The position numbers and the translations under genes were made by a program. Positions 18,557 through 26,410 of a stretch of DNA of 64,000 nucleotides are shown in pieces. Source of the stretch: a virus. Its lineage: Duplodnaviria > Caudoviricetes. The stretch is taken from positions 96,001 through 160,000 of the IMG/VR virus record IMGVR_UViG_3300031993_000012. One strand, written 5' to 3'. The notes below the pieces were generated by a model. The model did not search any database and was not told the DNA's origin. It was given only the letters and a program-made list of their open reading frames with translations. The stretch's first letter is position 1. Every line of letters starts with the position of its first letter.

Positions 18557-18848
18557 TAAAACATTAGAACAGCTTCAAAATCAACCGTATGAATTAAGAG
18601 TCGCATTATTTGCGACTCTATTTTATATGGTGGATAAAAGTAAAGCATCAATGCCGATCACATTCGAAACCATTCAAATGGCTGCACACATATGTGATAT
18701 TGATGCTGAACTCGGGGCTAGAATGATCAAGGATGGTAAATATAAAACCTTGATCGAAGGATTAAACATTCCACCAGAAACTCAGAAACTGATGACCTTA
18801 GCTGCCTTATCATTATTTCCAATGGATATTGGAGGTGATAAGGAATGA
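18549..18848 (+). CDS. hypothetical protein
   Basis: overlapping operon ORF. Confidence 0.65.
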   Translation: MDDKTLEQLQNQPYELRVALFATLFYMVDKSKASMPITFETIQMAAHICDIDAELGARMIKDGKYKTLIEGLNIPPETQKLMTLAALSLFPMDIGGDKE

Positions 18849-19048
18849 AGTTTTATATTTCATTCTGTGGTTTCGAACCGGGTGGAATTATCATGCCAGT
18901 TGAAGCACGACTTGCACGTGCTGATGATAATCCGGTTGGCATGTGGACATATATCATCGAATCAATCTCATTGCATCAAGCAATTGATATTGCGACGAAT
19001 ATGTATGTTACTGAATTGAATCAAATGTGGGAGGATAGGAATAAATGA
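18845..19048 (+). CDS. hypothetical protein
   Basis: GGAGGTG RBS; ATGA overlap. Confidence 0.65.
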   Translation: MKFYISFCGFEPGGIIMPVEARLARADDNPVGMWTYIIESISLHQAIDIATNMYVTELNQMWEDRNK

Positions 19049-19293
19049 AAATAAATACCGACAATGCTAAAACCACGGGTATTGTTTTAGAGTTGGACCA
19101 TGGAGATATGGATAAGCATTGGTATATTATCCAACAACTGTTGGCGATACCAAATTTAGCAGAGGTTCATTTCCATGGAATAGATGGACGTGAAGCAATG
19201 AAGATTAGAAATTGTATCTCCAGATTTGTGGAGATATCTGATTTTTATGATATGGATATCCAGATTCGCAGGAAAGAATTAAACAACGATTAA
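19045..19293 (+). CDS. hypothetical protein
   Basis: GGAGG RBS; ATGA overlap. Confidence 0.65.
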   Translation: MKINTDNAKTTGIVLELDHGDMDKHWYIIQQLLAIPNLAEVHFHGIDGREAMKIRNCISRFVEISDFYDMDIQIRRKELNND

Positions 19294-19299
19294 TATATG

Positions 19300-19319
19300 T
19301 GCCCCCGTAATCGGGGGCA
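19300..19319. terminator. GC hairpin TGCCCCCG-TAAT-CGGGGGCA
   Basis: perfect inverted repeat after operon end. Confidence 0.65.
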
Positions 19320-19335
19320 TACACATATTAACACC

Positions 19336-19541
19336 ATATGAAAGATAGACAAATATTTTTTGAAAGGAAGTGTTTCCATGGAAGAAATCATTATAATTAA
19401 TGATTCTACTACTTCGCCAGAAGAGTTAGAAGATAACATCCGTGTGTGGTTAGGTTAACCAATGAACGGATACGAAAAAACTTCACAATTCATTGAGAAT
19501 TGGTCATACGTTATAAACCCATTCATGTCTATCTTTCATAT
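19336..19541 (+). ncRNA. fold-back RNA cassette copy 2 enclosing a mini-ORF
   Basis: perfect 16-bp terminal IR ATATGAAAGATAGACA/TGTCTATCTTTCATAT; core shared with copy 1. Confidence 0.7.
19378..19458 (+). CDS. 26-aa peptide MEEIIIINDSTTSPEELEDNIRVWLG
   Basis: GAAAGGAAG RBS; paralog of 2351-2431. Confidence 0.75.
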   Translation: MEEIIIINDSTTSPEELEDNIRVWLG

Positions 19542-19568
19542 ATAAATGAGTTGTGCTTTTTCGTATTA

Positions 19569-21767
19569 TTATACAAATGATTCTGTGACAGTAACATTAC
19601 CTTGATTGATGATATCTTGGATATGAGCATCAACATCATCTGCACGACCTGGGTCGTATGTTGTATTAACCTTTTCATTCTCGATATCAGTTGCTGTCAT
19701 TGACGAGAAATTGTCTTTAATCCATGTAAGATATTTTCTTGTTGCTGGATCAAGATGTTTTTCTTTAAGTGCATTCTCTGCCAATTTAGCAGCAGCGTGA
19801 TTACGTTCTGAATTGGTTGGATATGTGGAGAACATCAATGTGTGAAGTTCTTTCTCCAGAGCAGCCAATGCATTAAGTTTCTGGGTATTACCAACCGTAT
19901 TCGGAGTAAAGTTATTGCTCTTGCTTGTCATGGATTTGATATAGAATACTACAGGGAAATTGTATATACCTGCAAACATATCACACCATGATTCTTCGAA
20001 TGCTTTACCCTTCATATATTCGGCTTCGACTTTGCGATATGTTTTATCGAATGATTTGTTTAATGCATATTGTAAGAAATATGTAAATGTTGACATACTA
20101 AATACTACAGCACCGAAAGCACCTAGACCGGCCACCGTGGGTGCTGCTGATGAAAGACTAATGGCGTATGTTCCAAAACTCATGCCGCTAAGCATTGACG
20201 ATACAAACATTGCAATGCAAGGAGTTTTGTAATCACGATAACGTTTTTGTTCTTTTTTCTTTTTGTCAATGTATGCGGAATATACGAGAATTGTTTTATC
20301 GATTTCATCCTCGGTTTTGATATTGGATGTTTTATCAATAACACTCTTGATATCATTCGGATTATGTAATGATGATATGAGCATCATTTGTTTGATAAAC
20401 ACTTTACGTTTGATTGGATTCTCAACATCGAATATTCCCATATTCTTGATTGCATCACAATACTTGTTCATGATTTCACGTTTACGTTTTGCAGAACGAC
20501 ACGAAACCATCATGGCCATTGTTGTTGCAGTATTAATAATGAATGAATCGGTTTTTGCACGAATCATGTTTGCGATATTATGGAATATCTCATGTAATGA
20601 TACTGCAACAAATGCTTGACCAAACATGGATGGATCTGCGGGTGCATCAGAGAATAATCCATATTCATCAACGACAATAAATATTCCTGCACCATGAAGC
20701 TGGAATCCTTTTGATTTGGATATTGTCAATTGATGTGCATATGTTTCATCTGGATCATATGTGAGTGTACCGGCGTTCTCATATCCTTCATTGTTCTTGA
20801 TGAACTTATATGCGATATGGCAATCGAATTGTTCTTCTAATTCTTTAACGCCTTTATTGTAATTGGGACTGTTAACGAATTTCTGAATATTGATGTCTTT
20901 GGCAAACTTAACCTCTTTCTGTTCAGCACGTGCAGCATTGAAATACTTAACGGCTTTGAGAATGTGTTTGTTATCAAACTTCATGTGTTTGATGTCCTCA
21001 GGTTTTATTTGCCTCGCAGAAACTTTTTTTTTGGACTTCGATTCCTGAATGTATTGATCATTCGGGAATAATTTGAAACCCATTTCTGTGAATATATCAT
21101 ATCCAAGATGTGTTGAATTATTGTATTCTGTAACGAGATCCAATAACTCGGCGGATTCACCAACTGCGTTTGATACGTCGGTTTCTGTATCAGATGATGG
21201 TGCTTCTGCTGATGAATCTTCACCGGCACCATTTGATATATCATCAGCATCGGTGAAATATGTTGACTTTGGTTTCTCTTGAACGAGTTCTTTCTTTTCC
21301 GGAATAACACCATTACGTTTTAACTCTGCGACTTTTAACAACGCAGAACGTGTCATTGGTCGATCAACAATACCTGAATCATATACGAGTATTTCGTCAC
21401 CTTCATCGGTAACATGACGTGAAATGACTGTACCTTTATTTGGGTCACTGGAAGCAACTGCTTCATCGAGTTTGGATTTCTCCATTGCATCATGCTGATA
21501 TGTTGAAAGTTTATCATCGATGCGTTGTGAAATGTAATCAAGAACCGAACCAATTGCACATACAACAGATTGTGTATTTGCGAGTGCATTCTTACGGTTT
21601 GGCGCAATGATTGTATCATTTACAACTTTGATTGTTTGCTGTGAATCATCTTGGAGAATGTGTGATGGTGGAATACAATACATTGCTCCAACTGCTTCTA
21701 ATGCTGTGATGAGATCCGGTGATTCACTGATAACTCTTTCGATTTCTTTTCTATTGAATTTTGGCAT
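19569..21767 (-). CDS. putative virion zinc metallopeptidase-like protein with membrane segments
   Basis: HEIFH (HExxH), downstream EESWCDMFA and YPTNSER; hydrophobic stretches; IQES motif. Confidence 0.6.
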   Translation of the reverse strand: MPKFNRKEIERVISESPDLITALEAVGAMYCIPPSHILQDDSQQTIKVVNDTIIAPNRKNALANTQSVVCAIGSVLDYISQRIDDKLSTYQHDAMEKSKLDEAVASSDPNKGTVISRHVTDEGDEILVYDSGIVDRPMTRSALLKVAELKRNGVIPEKKELVQEKPKSTYFTDADDISNGAGEDSSAEAPSSDTETDVSNAVGESAELLDLVTEYNNSTHLGYDIFTEMGFKLFPNDQYIQESKSKKKVSARQIKPEDIKHMKFDNKHILKAVKYFNAARAEQKEVKFAKDINIQKFVNSPNYNKGVKELEEQFDCHIAYKFIKNNEGYENAGTLTYDPDETYAHQLTISKSKGFQLHGAGIFIVVDEYGLFSDAPADPSMFGQAFVAVSLHEIFHNIANMIRAKTDSFIINTATTMAMMVSCRSAKRKREIMNKYCDAIKNMGIFDVENPIKRKVFIKQMMLISSLHNPNDIKSVIDKTSNIKTEDEIDKTILVYSAYIDKKKKEQKRYRDYKTPCIAMFVSSMLSGMSFGTYAISLSSAAPTVAGLGAFGAVVFSMSTFTYFLQYALNKSFDKTYRKVEAEYMKGKAFEESWCDMFAGIYNFPVVFYIKSMTSKSNNFTPNTVGNTQKLNALAALEKELHTLMFSTYPTNSERNHAAAKLAENALKEKHLDPATRKYLTWIKDNFSSMTATDIENEKVNTTYDPGRADDVDAHIQDIINQGNVTVTESFV

Positions 21768-21781
21768 ATTATTTCACCTCC

Positions 21782-24700
21782 TTATGATGCATTATTGGTA
21801 TTGGTTGCTGTTGCTGGTGTATTCTGATTGTTGTTCGGAACTTCCTGTTTGTATGCTTGAACGATATCACGGTATACATTATAAGAATCCTTATAGAATT
21901 TATTAATCAGAGTATTAGTGGTACGAACTGCAAATATCTCTGCTAATTTCTTTACAACCTCATATACATCCTTGACAACATTGGTTGTATTGTTGTTATT
22001 TTGGTCGGATTGTTGTTGACCATTTTGCTGATTATTATTTTTATTCGCATCAGCGGGTGCTGGTGGTGTTGAAGGATTTGATGCTGTATTATTTGCATTT
22101 GGGTTATGTGGTTTAACTTGAACTTTCACACCATCTTCAGCATAGAAATTACCATCAACTGAATCAACAAATGATTCTTTTACAGTTGTTTGATCAACTT
22201 TCTGTTTGAGTGCATTCGCTGCGTCACTGAGTTGTTTTGAAATACTGCTGAAATTCTTCAAAGCATTCGTTGATTCTGTTATATTCTTACACAGATCCAA
22301 GAAGTCTTTACCTTTAACCGGCGTAGGAGTTTGATCCGGTTGTGCATCGACATTACCGTACAATACCCAGTTCTGAACTTTCAGATCAGTACTTTCGTTA
22401 CTGTCAAATGTAATCTTATCCTTTAATCCGTCAGGAAGTAATTCCTTAAACAATGCATTCTTATCAACTGACTGCTGATTACATGCTGCTTCAATTTTAT
22501 CTTTATAATTATGGATATTTGTCAATGCCTGAATATTAACATTGTATTTCGGGAAATTATTTACGGTGATATTCAGATTACCGCTGTCCAAAGATTGTGC
22601 AACCTGTTGATTGGTATTGTCGTTCTTTTCAACCCATGCAATTTCCAGACGATGTTTTTCAGCAAACTTTGTTGATACTTTCGCCAGATTGTCAGCACAC
22701 CAACGAACGAATTTCGATATTAAATTACCAAGTTGCAATTTAATGTTTTTCGCACCATTGACAATCTTACTATCGGATTTACGTGTAACATTGACTGTTG
22801 GTTTTGCATTTGCGGTATTATTCGTATTTGGTGTTTCTTCTTCCTGAACGAAGTATTCCACGTACATATATCCCGGTGCCATGGTATCCATCATTGTATC
22901 GGAATTATCAATAACACGTGTATTGTTATGATACAATTTCAGTATGCAACGAGTTTCAATCTCTCCAAGAACAGCCAATACATCTTTGACCATTTCATAG
23001 TTACATACTTCACCGTGACAATATGAATTTATAATACCGAGCATTACATTACCAACTGCGATAATGTGATTTGCAACTTCTTCATTTGATACCAAATGTT
23101 TATCACCGTATATATGATAAATAGTATCCAGTGTATTCAGAATTGGATGTACATTCTGATTACCGGGATTATCACGACGATAATTGGAATCATATGCCGG
23201 AGAACCATAAACGATTTTGTCCAACCAATCAACATCAGTGTGGAAATCGTTTAATCTGTACATATCTTCGAATATACGTTCACCGGTTTTATTATTGAAC
23301 CAACTATTATTGGAATCATGTCGTGGTTCATCATATTTGAATATCATGTTTGTTACCATACTTGCATCCGGTAAACATACATTATTCAATGTAACATACT
23401 TCGTGAGTAATTGTGCAATTGGTGATTTTGGATTCTTGATTACGTAATAAAGAGCTGCTTTTACATCGGTGAAACGTGGTGTCATATCACCAAGTACGAG
23501 TTCACGGAAATTGATACTGAATGGAATCTTCGAACGGAATATTGTATCATCCGTTTTAAGTAAACAACACTCGGTTACGAATGATTCATATGTAACTGAT
23601 GCTTTCTCCGATGTGAATGCTTTTAACTTTTTCTTTACATTCGACGGTGAATAATTATTGGAATCTCCATAGAATACATTAACCACTTTATTGGTATCAG
23701 CATCATCTAAGATAGTTTGGAAGTCACCTGGATTCGGCGAATTCTTTCCTGTCAGATTTACACCAACCTGTTTGAGTACGGTATCAACAAATGTTGAACA
23801 TATACGACGATACTTATCTTCACTGGGGGTTTTATCTTTACTGAATAATTGAGATAACATTGCACCCCAATCGAATTTGGTTTTCATTCCTAAGTAACCT
23901 TCGATGTATTTCTCCATTTCGGATACTGCTTTCGATGGAAGATAAATTGCATACACACCGATGTTGACATGTTTACCGCGGAATAAACGTTCATCGATAT
24001 CTTCGTATTTGAAACCGAACTTCACATTGTTCATGGTTCCATCGGGATTGAGTGATGGTCTACCATATGACCACATACGTTTCAAATTCGGATCAAATGA
24101 AATTGATGCATGTGAGAAATTACTTTTGGTTTTTGCACGAATTGCATTTGACAGAAGTGGTGTTTTACCCTCAGACAATACAATGAATACGGGCTTGTTT
24201 TTGGTTGTATTAACCGATTCCTGGTGAACTTGGTTATCACCGTCACCGAGTTCCTTGGTATTGTAACTTACATGAGGATCAACATAATTTGTCATGCCGA
24301 CGATTGTACATGTATTCAACAATATTGCGAACATGATGAAACCTTCGATTGCATTGGTGAATGTTTCACTGAGCAACGGACGATACTGTTGCCAAATGGA
24401 ATCTGAACGATCAATCAAACCCGGTAATGCACTTACAATGTTCTTCATTACACCGGAGAAATGCAGATCATTTACCTTACGAAGATCCTCTTTGACATTC
24501 ATCTTTTGAACACCGATTTCGTAATTGGATTTCAACGATGTTGGGAATACTTCATTATGTGCAATCTGCAATAAGTCAGTAAGAGTAAAATCGCGTGGAT
24601 TGATATACGTACCGGAGAATGCTCCAAGAACATTTGTGTCATCAAACGGTGTATCATCATGATCTGAGATAAAACGATATGCAGACTCAACCGAGAATTT

Positions 24701-24973
24701 CTGGATATCATCAATGTTGTACTGAAGCATACCAATACGGAATGCTTTTATCAAGTTTGATACATATGTAGAAATATCATTCGGTGTTATGAGTCTAACT
24801 GAATACTTATTACTGCAATAACCATAGTCACAGTTGGTTGCTGAATGTACAGAATCATTGAGCTTATCAAGAGCCATCTGATACAGCTTCATACTTGTTT
24901 CAAACTTCTCTTTGAAATGCGGAGTGAACTTGAAAGGTATTTTACCAGTCTGCTTTTCAGTAGTTATATTCAT
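21782..24973 (-). CDS. large virion protein with permuted papain-like (YiiX/NlpC-P60) domain
   Basis: FSHASISFD...SYG...ICSTFV...PGDF, His before Cys; HQES, YES and KES motifs. Confidence 0.65.
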   Translation of the reverse strand: MNITTEKQTGKIPFKFTPHFKEKFETSMKLYQMALDKLNDSVHSATNCDYGYCSNKYSVRLITPNDISTYVSNLIKAFRIGMLQYNIDDIQKFSVESAYRFISDHDDTPFDDTNVLGAFSGTYINPRDFTLTDLLQIAHNEVFPTSLKSNYEIGVQKMNVKEDLRKVNDLHFSGVMKNIVSALPGLIDRSDSIWQQYRPLLSETFTNAIEGFIMFAILLNTCTIVGMTNYVDPHVSYNTKELGDGDNQVHQESVNTTKNKPVFIVLSEGKTPLLSNAIRAKTKSNFSHASISFDPNLKRMWSYGRPSLNPDGTMNNVKFGFKYEDIDERLFRGKHVNIGVYAIYLPSKAVSEMEKYIEGYLGMKTKFDWGAMLSQLFSKDKTPSEDKYRRICSTFVDTVLKQVGVNLTGKNSPNPGDFQTILDDADTNKVVNVFYGDSNNYSPSNVKKKLKAFTSEKASVTYESFVTECCLLKTDDTIFRSKIPFSINFRELVLGDMTPRFTDVKAALYYVIKNPKSPIAQLLTKYVTLNNVCLPDASMVTNMIFKYDEPRHDSNNSWFNNKTGERIFEDMYRLNDFHTDVDWLDKIVYGSPAYDSNYRRDNPGNQNVHPILNTLDTIYHIYGDKHLVSNEEVANHIIAVGNVMLGIINSYCHGEVCNYEMVKDVLAVLGEIETRCILKLYHNNTRVIDNSDTMMDTMAPGYMYVEYFVQEEETPNTNNTANAKPTVNVTRKSDSKIVNGAKNIKLQLGNLISKFVRWCADNLAKVSTKFAEKHRLEIAWVEKNDNTNQQVAQSLDSGNLNITVNNFPKYNVNIQALTNIHNYKDKIEAACNQQSVDKNALFKELLPDGLKDKITFDSNESTDLKVQNWVLYGNVDAQPDQTPTPVKGKDFLDLCKNITESTNALKNFSSISKQLSDAANALKQKVDQTTVKESFVDSVDGNFYAEDGVKVQVKPHNPNANNTASNPSTPPAPADANKNNNQQNGQQQSDQNNNNTTNVVKDVYEVVKKLAEIFAVRTTNTLINKFYKDSYNVYRDIVQAYKQEVPNNNQNTPATATNTNNAS

Positions 24974-25045
24974 TCATTATCATTCCTTCCTAAAAATATT
25001 AATCATTTATATTGAGTATACCATATATGTTCGTAGACCCAATGT

Positions 25046-25061
25046 AGATTACATGCTGGTT
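25046..25061 (-). promoter_or_regulatory. putative late promoter AACC-N6-TAATCT
   Basis: same motif upstream of four late units. Confidence 0.6.
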
Positions 25062-25084
25062 TTTCAAACCATCTAGAATTCTTA

Positions 25085-25104
25085 AATTCCATATATATAT
25101 TATT
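25085..25104 (+). promoter_or_regulatory. putative early promoter
   Basis: AATTCCATATATATATTATT followed by a short hairpin. Confidence 0.6.
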
Positions 25105-25184
25105 AATATGAAGAAAGAGTAAAATATATTACTCTGGATTCACTCAAATATCAATCTATTTTCCATTATGAAAGGATGGTCATT

Positions 25185-25418
25185 ATGACAAGAAAAACAT
25201 TAGCTATGAACGGACTTATAGGCATCCGCACAGAGAACGGTGGGGTTCTCACAGGCACAAACGCTATGACGAAGGCTAGCGCTAAGGCACAGCGCACCTT
25301 CACTGGCTCGACAGTTACAGCCATCCGCGAGGACGGCTCAACATTTCAGACGACAAAGGCTCGTCTCCAGAAGGAAGCTGCTAAGCAGACCATTAAGAAC
25401 TTCATCGACAGATTCTAA
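25185..25418 (+). CDS. small basic protein, monocistronic
   Basis: GAAAGGA RBS; own promoter and terminator; codon bias suggests high expression. Confidence 0.75.
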   Translation: MTRKTLAMNGLIGIRTENGGVLTGTNAMTKASAKAQRTFTGSTVTAIREDGSTFQTTKARLQKEAAKQTIKNFIDRF

Positions 25419-25485
25419 TCATCGATGAGACTCTCCCATCTCAACAGGGGTAGTATAAAAATAATACTGTAATGATCAAACGAAT

Positions 25486-25516
25486 AAAAGCACATCCATC
25501 AAGGGTGTGCTTTTTT
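25486..25516 (+). terminator. intrinsic terminator
   Basis: AAAAGCACATCC/GGGTGTGCTTTT stem plus T-run. Confidence 0.8.
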
Positions 25517-25624
25517 GTTTATTTTTTGAACGGACGATTAAGTCAGAAAATTTCCATTACCATCTTCATGATGGTCCTGACGAAATTATCTCCGTAATTA
25601 CAGCGTTTTAATTTGTTTAATGTA

Positions 25625-25646
25625 GACCCCGGGATATCCCGGGGTC
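25625..25646. terminator. GC hairpin GACCCCGGG-ATAT-CCCGGGGTC
   Basis: perfect IR just downstream of the RNAP subunit stop. Confidence 0.7.
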
Positions 25647-25653
25647 ATCATTT

Positions 25654-26397
25654 TTAATCTTCGGTAAATTGAGCACGTACCAATCCAGTATTGTAATATG
25701 CTTCTGATACAATATCAGTTTTTATTCCCATTGCCTTTAAGAATAAATCGGTTTTCAATAATGTCGGTTTATCGAGTGAATTCGTTTTGATATCTTTCAA
25801 TGAACAACTTCCAGATTCAGATATCTTCTCTAACATGTTTTCATATTCAACCATGTTATCTCCACGAACACCACATACTTCTGACAATACATTCTTTGCA
25901 CCAAGACCAATGAGAATCTCATTCTCAATACCAGAGAAAGTACCACCTTTAGATTCACCCTTTGCGATACCGGTAAGATCATCTCTATCAAGGTCATTAA
26001 TAACACCAGTTGATTTTTTAGTCTGGAGCTGTTGTACGGTTTTGACATTCAAATATCCAACCAATACCGGAGTTCTTGTGCGAACCGGACGATTTGGATT
26101 TGATGATACATGAGGAATATACACATACTCATATAAATCAAGACCCATTTGTTTTGCAGCTTTTTCTACGTTTTCATATTTGAGTGTTTTCGATTTATCG
26201 AATTCCTCAATATCTAAACGCATATTGGCTTTTGGATCTGCAAGAAATGCTGACATCCATTTGGAGAATTGAGCATCATTCATTTTAGAGAATATCGATT
26301 TATACTTTGCAGTATTTGCACCAGAAGGATCTAATGCATTCATAGTACGATAAACAAGTGTCTCAATTTGACCACGTTTATTTTTTATATCTGCCAT
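25654..26397 (-). CDS. phage RNA polymerase beta subunit, C-terminal fragment
   Basis: VLVGYL...K...RDDLTG...GGTFSGIE..L.GLGA...L.E...RGDN parallels the RpoB C-terminal GGQRFGEME region. Confidence 0.75.
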   Translation of the reverse strand: MADIKNKRGQIETLVYRTMNALDPSGANTAKYKSIFSKMNDAQFSKWMSAFLADPKANMRLDIEEFDKSKTLKYENVEKAAKQMGLDLYEYVYIPHVSSNPNRPVRTRTPVLVGYLNVKTVQQLQTKKSTGVINDLDRDDLTGIAKGESKGGTFSGIENEILIGLGAKNVLSEVCGVRGDNMVEYENMLEKISESGSCSLKDIKTNSLDKPTLLKTDLFLKAMGIKTDIVSEAYYNTGLVRAQFTED

Positions 26398-26410
26398 TTA
26401 AATCACCTTA

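Noticed and set aside
25530-25610. Possible small structured RNA (GTCAG/CTGAC, ACCATC/GATGGT)
   Set aside because: Short stems, single copy, no promoter seen; not distinguishable from chance
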